A DNA stretch of 41,088 nt from Mahellales bacterium (lineage in GTDB: Bacteria > Bacillota > Clostridia > DUOD01), in NCBI GenBank assembly GCA_050945235.1, contig JBMNSO010000001.1, forward strand, positions 1 to 41,088, given 5' to 3'. Both the position numbers and the translations under genes were made by a program. Below, one piece after another: positions 1 through 8,267 of this stretch; position 1 is the first letter of the stretch, and every line of letters starts with the position of its first letter. The notes beneath the pieces are model-generated. The model saw only the letters and a list, made by a program, of their open reading frames with translations, was not told the DNA's origin and did no database searches.

Positions 1-1369
1 ATAAGTCAAAGATGCCGCCACTTAATTGTTTCCAAATAATTACCAGGACACCGCCGGTTATCATGCCGGCAAGTGCACCCGAGCGGGTCATCCTTTTCCA
101 GAATAGAGACATAATAATCGTTGGGCCGAAGACAGCGCCGAAACCTGCCCAGGCATAGGACACCAGATCCAGAACAGAGCTTTCCGGGTTAAAGGCTATA
201 AAGTATGCTATCACGGCCACCACTATTACGGCAAATCGTCCTACCCATACCAATTCCTTATCGCTGCTTTCTTTCTTAAATAAGGCCTTATAAAAATCTT
301 GTGCAAAGGCGGATGCAGTTACCAGCAGTTGTGAATCGGCGGTGCTCATGATAGCCGCTAAGGCGGCTACCAGTAAAATCCCTGCAATCAGTGTGGGAAA
401 CAGCTGGTTAACCATTAGCATAAATACCGTTTCTTCCGCCCCATTGGTCAAAGGCTGGGAAATGTATAGTCTTCCCACCATACCTACCAATACGGCACCG
501 GCCAGGGACAGAATAACCCAAACCATGGCGATTAACCGTGATTTTTTTATCTGTCCCGAGGAACGTATTCCCATAAACCGAACTAAAATATGGGGCTGGC
601 CGAAATAACCCAGGCCCCATGCCAGTGATGATATTATAGCTATTGAGGATAAAGCCGTTCCTCCGTCTGTGGCGGTGAACATGCTCAAAAAATGGGGGCT
701 TATGTTATTGAAATTATCAAAGGTAACACCAATCCCACCCATTGCCTCCATGGCAGCAAAGGGCACTACCAACATTGCCAGGAACATAAGGGTGCCTTGA
801 ACGAAGTCGGTCCAGCATACCGCTAAGAAACCGCCTAAAAATGTATAGCAAATGATAACCAGTACGCCAATGGACAGGGCGGTAAGGTAGGGTATATCGA
901 AAATGGAGCTGAAGAGTTTACCCCCTGCTACAAACCCCGATGCCGTATAGAATAAAAAGAAAATCAGTATAAAGATTGCCGATACGGTTCTTAGTACCTT
1001 TGTATTGTCGCGGAATCTGTTTTCGAAAAAGTCGGATAATGTTATGGAATTACCTGATATTTCGGTATACTTTCTCAAACGCCGGGCAATGATCTTCCAG
1101 TTCAGATAAGTACCGACGGCCAGTCCTATGGCAATCCATGAAGCCTCGATACCGGCCAAGTAGGCTGCCCCGGGCAGACCCATCATTAACCATCCGCTCA
1201 TATCGGAAGCCTGGGCGCTTAAAGCCGTTACCCAGCTGTTCAGTTTCCTACCCCCCAGTACATAATCGGATAATGTTTCGGTTCCTTTAAAAAAGCGCAT
1301 TCCTATTAAAATCATAGCAGCAATATAAACTATGAAGACAGTAATAATGCCAATATTATGTGCTGACAT
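1..1369 (-). CDS. putP: Sodium/proline symporter (SSS family), C-terminus runs off the window edge
   Basis: Reverse-strand frame is open from the ATG (rc of 1367-1369) to position 2. The SD GGAGGAG (rc of 1374-1380) sits 4-5 nt upstream. My translation MSAHNIGIITVF...YVLGGRKLNSWVTALSAQASDMSGWLMMGLPG...GYFGQPHILVRFM...VSYAWAGFGAVFGP...WKRMTRSGALAGM is near-colinear with E. coli PutP as I remember it. It is absent from the ORF track because there is no stop in the window. Confidence 0.85.
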   Translation of the reverse strand, partial: MSAHNIGIITVFIVYIAAMILIGMRFFKGTETLSDYVLGGRKLNSWVTALSAQASDMSGWLMMGLPGAAYLAGIEASWIAIGLAVGTYLNWKIIARRLRKYTEISGNSITLSDFFENRFRDNTKVLRTVSAIFILIFFLFYTASGFVAGGKLFSSIFDIPYLTALSIGVLVIICYTFLGGFLAVCWTDFVQGTLMFLAMLVVPFAAMEAMGGIGVTFDNFNNISPHFLSMFTATDGGTALSSIAIISSLAWGLGYFGQPHILVRFMGIRSSGQIKKSRLIAMVWVILSLAGAVLVGMVGRLYISQPLTNGAEETVFMLMVNQLFPTLIAGILLVAALAAIMSTADSQLLVTASAFAQDFYKALFKKESSDKELVWVGRFAVIVVAVIAYFIAFNPESSVLDLVSYAWAGFGAVFGPTIIMSLFWKRMTRSGALAGMITGGVLVIIWKQLSGGIFDL

Positions 1370-1420
1370 TGAACTCCTCCTTTTATGTTCATTTTGTTTA
1401 TTATATTATGGAAGCAATTA

Positions 1421-1453
1421 GTTTATCAAGACCAATTTATTACCTTGATAAAC
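1421..1453. promoter_or_regulatory. Perfect 10-bp inverted repeat in the putP/tcdA divergent control region
   Basis: GTTTATCAAG (1421-1430), 13 nt, then CTTGATAAAC (1444-1453). It lies 52-84 nt upstream of the putP start. Confidence 0.4.
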
Positions 1454-1587
1454 CGGCAGTGCTTTAAATACCTATGCCTTATAGGATTGGAATCCGGTAT
1501 ATATATTTATAAAAATAAAAGTTGATATATAATATAAGTTAGAATAAGTTCGGTATTTATTACATGCATCATGAAAGGGGTGTTTGT

Positions 1588-2382
1588 ATGAACCATGCCT
1601 TTTCAAGAACGGAAATGTTGATAGGCAGCAAAGGTTTAGAACGTCTAAAGGAGAGTAAGGTCGCGATCTTCGGTATTGGCGGTGTGGGTACCTTTGTGGT
1701 TGAGGGCCTGGCCAGGTCGGGGGTCGGGGGTCTTGTGTTAATAGATAAGGATGATATATGTGTAACCAATATAAACAGGCAGATACATGCAACGGTAGAG
1801 ACCATAGGAAGGCCAAAGGTGGAAGTTATGAAGGAAAGGATATTGGAGATTAACCCAATGGCACGGGTGCAAATCCATAGGATGGAGTACAACAGGGAAA
1901 ATGCAGATGACCTGCTATCGGGGGATTTTTCCTATGTTGTTGATGCCATTGACATGGTATCTGCCAAGCTTGATTTAATAGAGAGATGCATAGCAAGGAA
2001 TATACCCATTATCAGCAGTATGGGTGCCGGTAACAAACTCAACCCAACAATGCTTGAGGTTGCGGATATATACGATACATCGGTTTGTCCCCTTGCCAAG
2101 GTTGTAAGGAGAGAACTGAGAAAAAGGGGTATAAAAGGGCTTAAGGTTGTATATTCCCGGGAGCAGCCTATAACCCCTGTTATACCAAAGGACGAATCGG
2201 AAAGTATGCAAAGGACTGGTGAAATAGAAAATACATATAGAGAATGTGGACCACTTGGCGAGGATGAAGGACGGGAAATAATAAGAAAACAGGTGCCGGG
2301 AAGCGTATCATTTGTTCCGTCTGTGGCCGGGCTGATTATTGCCTCGGAAGTGGTGAAGGATCTGATAAAGGATGTTAGATGA
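1588..2382 (+). CDS. tcdA: ThiF/MoeB-fold tRNA threonylcarbamoyladenosine dehydratase-like protein (TcdA/YgdL family)
   Basis: Rossmann motif IFGIGGVGTFVVEGLARSGVG followed by LIDKDDICVTNINRQ. Size about 264 aa. I chose the ATG at 1588 because GAAAGGGG lies 7 nt upstream; the ORF-track ATG at 1564 has no SD. Confidence 0.75.
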   Translation: MNHAFSRTEMLIGSKGLERLKESKVAIFGIGGVGTFVVEGLARSGVGGLVLIDKDDICVTNINRQIHATVETIGRPKVEVMKERILEINPMARVQIHRMEYNRENADDLLSGDFSYVVDAIDMVSAKLDLIERCIARNIPIISSMGAGNKLNPTMLEVADIYDTSVCPLAKVVRRELRKRGIKGLKVVYSREQPITPVIPKDESESMQRTGEIENTYRECGPLGEDEGREIIRKQVPGSVSFVPSVAGLIIASEVVKDLIKDVR

Positions 2383-2412
2383 AGGGGATAAGTATTACAA
2401 GTACAGGATTTC

Positions 2413-2440
2413 TTGACAAGCCCCTTTGGCAGAGTAAAAT
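2413..2440 (+). promoter_or_regulatory. Candidate htpG promoter
   Basis: TTGACA (2413-2418), a 16-nt spacer, then TAAAAT (2435-2440). Confidence 0.5.
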
Positions 2441-2478
2441 ATAGAATAGATTAGTATTAAACATGAGGAGGGATTTTC

Positions 2479-4359
2479 ATGGTGGAAGAGAAGGGCAACA
2501 TCTCGGTTGAAGCACAAAACATATTTCCCATTATTAAAAAATGGTTGTATTCCGATAAGGATATATTCATCCGTGAATTAATATCCAATGCCTGTGATGC
2601 TATAAACAAGTTTAAGGGCTTGGTTTCCATTGGCGAGGCAAAGATTGACGGGGACCCAAAATACTCAATAGAGGTTGTACTGGATAAGAAACAAAAAACA
2701 ATTGCGATAGTTGATAACGGTATTGGAATGACAGCCGATGAAGTAAAAAAATATATCAACCAGGTTGCATTCTCTGGCGCAGAAGACTTTTTAAAAAGAT
2801 ATGGAGAAAAGAAAGATGAGGAAAACCAAATAATAGGCCATTTCGGTTTGGGCTTTTATTCCGCCTTCATGGTATCGGAAAGGGTTGAGATTGATACACT
2901 GTCCTATATCGAAGGCAGCGAGGCGGTAAAATGGGTATGTTCCGGAGGCATTGATTATGAAATAGGACCTTCCCAGCGAACTGACCGGGGAACTACCGTC
3001 ACACTTTACATTTCCCAAGAGGGCGATGAATTCCTGGATGAATACAAGCTGAGGGAAACCATATTAAAATACTGTTCCTTTTTGCCCATCAGTATATATT
3101 TGAAGTCTAAGGATAAAGAGGACAAGGGCTGCAAGGAGGAACCGATAAATGATACCCAACCATTATGGTTGAAAAAGCCGGGAGATTGTTCCAGGGAAGA
3201 ATATATAGAATTTTATAAAAAAGTATTTATGGATTTTGAGGATCCTTTGTTCTGGATACACCTGAATGTGGATTATCCCTTTAGGCTAAAGGGTATCCTG
3301 TATTTTCCCAAGCTGAAACATAATTTTGAAACCATTGAGGGCAGGATAAAATTATTTAATAACCAGGTATTTGTAGCCGATAATATAAAAGAGGTCATTC
3401 CTGAGTTTTTGATGTTGCTTAAGGGTACCATAGATTGTCCCGATTTGCCACTTAACGTGTCCCGAAGCTTTCTGCAGAATGATGGGTATGTATTAAAGAT
3501 ATCCAATCATATCATAAAAAAAGTAGCGGACAAGCTGAAACAGTTGTATGATATCGACAGGGAAAGCTATAACAAATACTGGGATGATATTAATCCCTTT
3601 ATCAAGTATGGTTGCATTAGAGAGGAAAAGTTTTATGATGCTGTGAAGGATATCGTCATATATAAAACCATAAATGGTGAGTACATTACCTTGAAGGAGT
3701 ACCGAGGCGAAAGAAAAGAAAGCAGGGCAGACACCGTGTTTTATGTAGATGATGAAAAACAACAGGCCCAATATATAAACCTATTTAAAGAAAATGGGTT
3801 GGAGGCCGTATTCCTTACGTCCCCTATAGACATCCACTTTATACAATTCCTAGAGATGAAGGAAACCGATCTTAAGTTTAAGAGAATAGATGCCGACCTT
3901 TCCGATAGTATTAAAGACGGGGAGCAGAATAAGGATGAAAAAATGAGTGAAGGTTTGAAAAAGATCTTTAAGGACAGCCTAGGAAGGGAAAAACTTAAAA
4001 TCTCGGTGGAAGGCCTCAAGAACACAGATTTGCCGGCAGTAATCCTATTATCAGAACAATCAAGGAGAATACAGGAGATGGGCAGACAACTGGGAAACAT
4101 GGGTAATGCCTTCCCCATTGAAGAAACCCTGGTGTTAAACAAGAATAACGATATTATAAAGGCTGTTGCCGCCCTTGGAGGGGCGCAGGACAGTGGCGAA
4201 TACCTCAAAACGATTTGCCAACATGTATACGACCTTGCCGCCATCAGCCATAAGCAGCTGGAGCCCGACGAAATGGGGCGCTTTATAAAAAGAAGCAATG
4301 AACTTCTGTCCAAACTGGTGGGTATAGAACTTGAAAGGAATAAAGAAAAAGGAGCATGA
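2479..4359 (+). CDS. htpG: Molecular chaperone HtpG (Hsp90)
   Basis: GHKL ATPase motifs ELISNACDAINK, DNGIGMT and GHFGLGFYSAFMV. Length 626 aa. SD GAGGAGGG lies 5-6 nt upstream of the ATG. Confidence 0.95.
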   Translation: MVEEKGNISVEAQNIFPIIKKWLYSDKDIFIRELISNACDAINKFKGLVSIGEAKIDGDPKYSIEVVLDKKQKTIAIVDNGIGMTADEVKKYINQVAFSGAEDFLKRYGEKKDEENQIIGHFGLGFYSAFMVSERVEIDTLSYIEGSEAVKWVCSGGIDYEIGPSQRTDRGTTVTLYISQEGDEFLDEYKLRETILKYCSFLPISIYLKSKDKEDKGCKEEPINDTQPLWLKKPGDCSREEYIEFYKKVFMDFEDPLFWIHLNVDYPFRLKGILYFPKLKHNFETIEGRIKLFNNQVFVADNIKEVIPEFLMLLKGTIDCPDLPLNVSRSFLQNDGYVLKISNHIIKKVADKLKQLYDIDRESYNKYWDDINPFIKYGCIREEKFYDAVKDIVIYKTINGEYITLKEYRGERKESRADTVFYVDDEKQQAQYINLFKENGLEAVFLTSPIDIHFIQFLEMKETDLKFKRIDADLSDSIKDGEQNKDEKMSEGLKKIFKDSLGREKLKISVEGLKNTDLPAVILLSEQSRRIQEMGRQLGNMGNAFPIEETLVLNKNNDIIKAVAALGGAQDSGEYLKTICQHVYDLAAISHKQLEPDEMGRFIKRSNELLSKLVGIELERNKEKGA

Positions 4360-4391
4360 TGGCTTGAAACTGCTTATCATGTATCGTGAAA

Positions 4392-4425
4392 CTTCCGTAT
4401 TTCCATACGGGAGTTTTTTGTTTTT
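4392..4425 (+). terminator. Rho-independent terminator after htpG
   Basis: Stem CTTCCGTAT / ATACGGGAG (one G-U pair), loop TTCC, followed by TTTTTTGTTTTT. Confidence 0.8.
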
Positions 4426-4506
4426 GGGAAGTATGTGTAGTATTTATTATATTTGGTAATAATAACAATTAAACGATTTGCAGACTCGTAGGATAAGGAG
4501 GTCAAT

Positions 4507-6054
4507 ATGAAAGTTTTATTAGTGTATCCAAAGTGCCCCAATACATTCTGGAGCTTTAAATATGCCCTGGATTTTATATCCAAAAAAGCATCCTTTCCAC
4601 CCCTGGGAATTTTAACAGTAGCAGCAATGTTACCTAAGGACTGGGAGATGAAGCTGGTGGATATGAATGTAAAAGCCCTGAAGGATGAAGATATAAAATG
4701 GGCCGATTATGTATTTATTAGTGCAATGCTGGTCCAAAGGGAGTCAGTAAAAAAAGTGGTGCAAAACTGCAGGAGGCTGGGGGTAAAAACCGTGGCAGGG
4801 GGCCCATTGTTTACAACCGATTATGAGGATTTTCCCGAGATTGACCATTTAATATTGAATGAGGCCGAAGTCACCCTGCCCCGGTTTTTGGAAGATTTGG
4901 AAAAGGGGCAGTGTAAAAGGATATATACATCCGAGGAATGGGCGGATATAAAAAACACTCCCGTACCATTATGGAGCCTTATTGACATGAAGGACTATAC
5001 AAGCATGAATATACAATATTCCAGGGGATGCCCTTATAACTGTGAGTTTTGTGACATCATTACCCTGTACGGTCGTAAACCTCGGATAAAGGACAGGGAC
5101 CAGATTATCAATGAACTGGAGGTATTGTATGACTATGGTTGGAGGGGCCAGGTATTTTTTGTAGACGACAATTTTATAGGTAATAAAAGTAAACTGAAAC
5201 AGGAGCTACTGCCATATTTGATAGAATGGATGGAGGATAGGAATTATCCCTTTATTTTTTCTACAGAGGCATCGGTGGATTTATCCGATGATGACCAGTT
5301 ATTGAGCTTAATGAGAAAAGCAAGATTTAGCACCGTATTCATGGGCATTGAAACACCTAATGAAGAAAGTCTGACCGAATGTAGCAAAGTACAGAATAAG
5401 AATCGTGACCTGGTAAAGTGTGTGGAAAAAATCAGGAAATACGGCATGCACGTGCAAGGTGGTTTTATTGTAGGGTTTGATAGTGATCCTGTGTCCATTT
5501 TTGAAAGGCTTATTAATTTCATTCAGGAAAGCGGTATTGTTGTGGCCATGGTAGGGTTGTTAAATGCGCCCCGAGGTACCAGGTTGTACGACCGTTTGGC
5601 CAAGGAAGGAAGGCTTTTAAAGAATATGTCGGGAGATAATACCGACTTTACCATGAACTTCATCCCAAAAATGGATTACAAGGAATTGATAAGGGGATAT
5701 AAAAGGTTGATAGATACTATTTATTCTCCGGACAAGTACTACGAAAGGGTAACCCGCTTTTTGAAGGATTATACACCCCATAAACTAAAGGCTTATCATT
5801 TCAAGTTAAGTTACTTAGCAGCCTTTTTCAAATCTGTCATTTTTATCGGGGCTATAGGCAAGGAAAGGCTTTATTATTGGAGACTGTTCTTTTGGTCGTT
5901 GTTTAGACGCCCGCGACTTCTGCCCTTTGCCATTATGTTTTCCATTTACGGTTTTCATTTCCGCAAGGTATTTGAAAACTATTCCTGGAACAAGCAGATA
6001 TTAGAATACAACGTCAATAACTTAGGTGACATTTTATCACGAGAATCTACATAA
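4507..6054 (+). CDS. B12-binding-domain radical SAM enzyme (class B) with DUF4070-like C-terminal region
   Basis: The N-terminus MKVLLVYP...FPPLGILTVAAMLPKDWEMKLVDMN is typical of the cobalamin-binding Rossmann domain. The radical SAM cluster motif is YSRGCPYNCEFCDI (CxxxCxxC). The C-terminal roughly 120 aa are hydrophobic and aromatic-rich. SD AAGGAGG precedes the start. Confidence 0.8.
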   Translation: MKVLLVYPKCPNTFWSFKYALDFISKKASFPPLGILTVAAMLPKDWEMKLVDMNVKALKDEDIKWADYVFISAMLVQRESVKKVVQNCRRLGVKTVAGGPLFTTDYEDFPEIDHLILNEAEVTLPRFLEDLEKGQCKRIYTSEEWADIKNTPVPLWSLIDMKDYTSMNIQYSRGCPYNCEFCDIITLYGRKPRIKDRDQIINELEVLYDYGWRGQVFFVDDNFIGNKSKLKQELLPYLIEWMEDRNYPFIFSTEASVDLSDDDQLLSLMRKARFSTVFMGIETPNEESLTECSKVQNKNRDLVKCVEKIRKYGMHVQGGFIVGFDSDPVSIFERLINFIQESGIVVAMVGLLNAPRGTRLYDRLAKEGRLLKNMSGDNTDFTMNFIPKMDYKELIRGYKRLIDTIYSPDKYYERVTRFLKDYTPHKLKAYHFKLSYLAAFFKSVIFIGAIGKERLYYWRLFFWSLFRRPRLLPFAIMFSIYGFHFRKVFENYSWNKQILEYNVNNLGDILSREST

Positions 6055-6095
6055 TGACATTATCATAAGTTAAACACACAGATATCAGAATACCA

Positions 6096-6124
6096 TTGAA
6101 AAGTTATCTGTATTGATATATAAT
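6096..6124 (+). promoter_or_regulatory. Sigma-A-type promoter for the Ldh2-family gene
   Basis: TTGAAA (6096-6101), a 17-nt spacer, then TATAAT (6119-6124). This implies a leader of about 150 nt. Confidence 0.65.
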
Positions 6125-6203
6125 ATAAACACAAGGTATTGCAACCTAGCTTTAAATATATTTCCAAAGGTAAAACAAAATACAGAATATGGGTCGGAGA
6201 TAA

Positions 6204-6260
6204 GGTGAACCATACTTGAACCTCAAAGAAGTGGGGTTATTAAAGTATGGTTTATTTTAT
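6204..6260 (+). promoter_or_regulatory. Terminator-like long hairpin in the Ldh2 leader (possible attenuator)
   Basis: AACCATAC (6208-6215) pairs perfectly with GTATGGTT (6245-6252). The inner stem is AACCTC (6219-6224) / GGGGTT (6233-6238). It is followed by TTATTTTATT, about 20 nt upstream of the SD. Confidence 0.4.
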
Positions 6261-6284
6261 TACAAAGATAAGGAGGGTAAAAAA

Positions 6285-7400
6285 ATGAATGACAAGGTTG
6301 TATGGGTGGATTTTGACTTGCTGGAAAGCTTTATGAGGGATGCCTTGATCGGTGTGGGGGTCCCCGAAGAGGATGCAAAAATATGTGCCGATGTACTGAT
6401 TACTTCCGATAAGAGGGGTATTGACTCCCATGGTGTGGGCCGGTTAAAACCAATATATATCGACAGAATTAAGGCAGGTATTCAAAACCCAGTTACCCAT
6501 TTTGAAGTTGTCAAGGAAGGCCCTACCACTGCCGTAGTGGACGGGCACAATGGTATGGGCCAGGTAATCAGCAAAAAGGCAATGGAATTGGCAATGGATA
6601 AGGCAAAAAAATACGGCTTGGGCATGGTAGCGGTAAGAAACTCAAATCACTATGGCATAGCAGGTTATTACGTTCTCATGGCTGCGCAACAGGGTATGAT
6701 TGGTATGACAGGCACCAATGCAAGGCCTTCAATTGCACCCACCTTCGGGGTAGAAAATATGCTGGGTACCAATCCTATGACCTTTGGCATTCCCACCGAT
6801 GAGGAATTCCATTTTGTCCTTGATTGTGCCACATCGGTATCCCAACGGGGTAAAATTGAAGTATATGACAGGGCCGGGAAAGAGCTGCCCGAGGGTTGGG
6901 TCATTGGACAAGACGGCAGTGCAAGGACGGATACCCATCAAATACTCCAGGACTTGAACACAGGCCAGGCGGCCTTAACACCCCTAGGGGGGATTGGCGA
7001 AGAAAACGCCGGGTATAAGGGATATGGTTATGCAACGGTGGTAGAAATCTTATCGGCAGCGCTACAAGGCGGCTGCTTCCTAAAGGCCTTATCTGGGTTT
7101 GACGAAAACGGGAAAAAGGTTCCCCACAGGCTGGGACATTTCTTTATTGCTATAGATATAAGCCAATTTACCGATATAGACGCTTTTAAGAAAACAGCGG
7201 GAGATATTTTAAGGGCACTTAGGCAGTCTAAGAAAATGCCGGGACAGGATAGGATATATACAGCCGGTGAGAAGGAATATCTGGCGTGGTTGGACAGGAA
7301 GGACAGGGGCGCGCCAATTAATGAAGCACTACAAAAACAGTTGATACAGCTGCGGGAGGAATATGGTCTTAAAGAATATAGATTCCCCTTTGATGATTAA
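6285..7400 (+). CDS. Ldh2-family (malate/L-lactate/sulfolactate/ureidoglycolate-type) NAD(P)H oxidoreductase
   Basis: Family motifs RGIDSHGVGRL, NSNHYGIAGYY, GTNPMTFGIP, DCATSVSQRGKIE and GYKGYGYATVVEILS. I chose the ATG at 6285 because AAGGAGGG lies 7 nt upstream. The TTG at 6216 (ORF-track start) has a weaker AAGGTGA and lies inside a leader hairpin. Confidence 0.8.
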   Translation: MNDKVVWVDFDLLESFMRDALIGVGVPEEDAKICADVLITSDKRGIDSHGVGRLKPIYIDRIKAGIQNPVTHFEVVKEGPTTAVVDGHNGMGQVISKKAMELAMDKAKKYGLGMVAVRNSNHYGIAGYYVLMAAQQGMIGMTGTNARPSIAPTFGVENMLGTNPMTFGIPTDEEFHFVLDCATSVSQRGKIEVYDRAGKELPEGWVIGQDGSARTDTHQILQDLNTGQAALTPLGGIGEENAGYKGYGYATVVEILSAALQGGCFLKALSGFDENGKKVPHRLGHFFIAIDISQFTDIDAFKKTAGDILRALRQSKKMPGQDRIYTAGEKEYLAWLDRKDRGAPINEALQKQLIQLREEYGLKEYRFPFDD

Positions 7401-7454
7401 AAAACCAACTTCAATTTGGTCTAATTCATAGTGAGAGATATGGTTCAATGTATG

Positions 7455-7492
7455 AAAAAAGAAGGCGACTCAATTCTTGCGCCTTCTTTTTA
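7455..7492. terminator. Terminator after the Ldh2-family gene (A-tract / T-tract flanked)
   Basis: GAAGGCG (7461-7467) pairs with CGCCTTC (7480-7486). AAAAAA lies upstream and TTTT downstream. Confidence 0.75.
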
Positions 7493-7539
7493 TGTAAAAC
7501 AACTACCGACAATAGGATAATATGATCTTTAGACAGCAA

Positions 7540-7568
7540 TTGAATAGACAACTTATTGGTATTATATT
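7540..7568 (+). promoter_or_regulatory. Candidate promoter of the PAP2-like/GT2 operon
   Basis: TTGAAT (7540-7545), a 17-nt spacer, then TATATT (7563-7568). Confidence 0.5.
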
Positions 7569-7610
7569 ATACTATAGTTAACAGCATATTCCAAAGAAAA
7601 GGAGACCTAT

Positions 7611-8189
7611 ATGAAAGAGAGGATAGCTAAAGCAATAAACATTATTACCGTTCCACCTATAATAGCCGCGCTAGCCGTAACCTGGATTCTTCTAAAGGAT
7701 AAATCGTACTTTGATAATATCTTAGCCTGGTATTTCTTAGTTCTGGTCTTTCTTACGGTAGTACCTATCTCCGCCTATCCCTTGTCGAGGGTGATACCCA
7801 AAATTCGGGCCCGGGGTAGGGACGGGGAAAGGAACCTGGCTTTTATAATGGCTATTCTTGGGTATATTGCCGGCACAATAGCCAGCATTGTTTTTAATGC
7901 CCCAAGGGGTGTGATGTATATAATACTATCTTACCTGGCATCGGGTTTGGTACTTTTATTTGTAAACAAAGGAATCAGAATAAAGGCCAGCGGTCATGCC
8001 TGTGGAGTGTCCGGCCCCATTACCCTGTTACTATATATGGTGGGACACTATGCCTTTGCTGCAGTTATACTGCTGCCGATTGTATTTTGGGGGCGATTAA
8101 GCCTAAAAAGACATACAAGTGGTGAATTAATAATTGGTACAATAGTCGGAATTTTCTCAACAGGTCTTGTTTTGCTTTTGTATAAATGA
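7611..8189 (+). CDS. Polytopic membrane protein, divergent PAP2-like lipid phosphatase
   Basis: About 5-6 hydrophobic spans. Candidate PAP2 motifs: C1 KIRARGRDGER, C2 ASGHA, C3 LKRHTSGELIIG (HxxxE where HxxxD is expected). The assignment is by eye only. SD AAGGAGA precedes the start. Confidence 0.5.
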   Translation: MKERIAKAINIITVPPIIAALAVTWILLKDKSYFDNILAWYFLVLVFLTVVPISAYPLSRVIPKIRARGRDGERNLAFIMAILGYIAGTIASIVFNAPRGVMYIILSYLASGLVLLFVNKGIRIKASGHACGVSGPITLLLYMVGHYAFAAVILLPIVFWGRLSLKRHTSGELIIGTIVGIFSTGLVLLLYK

Positions 8190-8267
8190 GGATATTCATT
8201 CCGTTTCTTGGGGATTGTAGGGGTTCATGGTGGGTTTTGGCGTATTTAAATATATCGGGAGGTTGTT

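Noticed and set aside
2383-2478. Looked for a CIRCE (HrcA) operator upstream of htpG
   Set aside because: No TTAGCACTC-N9-GAGTGCTAA-like inverted repeat is present. Only a sigma-A-like promoter is visible.
3741-4313. 190-aa reverse ORF inside htpG. Similar long antisense ORFs occur at 30486-30881, 38499-38900, 20202-20573, 33945-34382 and 36952-37335.
   Set aside because: All are embedded in confidently assigned genes on the other strand. They lack ribosome-binding sites and have Ser/Leu/Pro/Arg-rich composition, as expected from antisense reading of the real frames.
7440-7520. 26-aa ORF (MVQCMKKEGDSILAPSFYVKQLPTIG) downstream of the Ldh2 gene
   Set aside because: Its coding sequence is essentially the terminator hairpin and T-tract (7455-7492), and it has only a weak SD-like GAGAG. 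The terminator explains it better.
8210-8240. G-run cluster (GGGG-N6-GGGG-N5-GG-N-GGG-N4-GG) between the PAP2-like and GT2 genes, considered as a G-quadruplex
   Set aside because: Two of the runs are only GG, so at best a weak two-tetrad structure could form. The region also simply contains the G-rich SD context of the GT2 gene.
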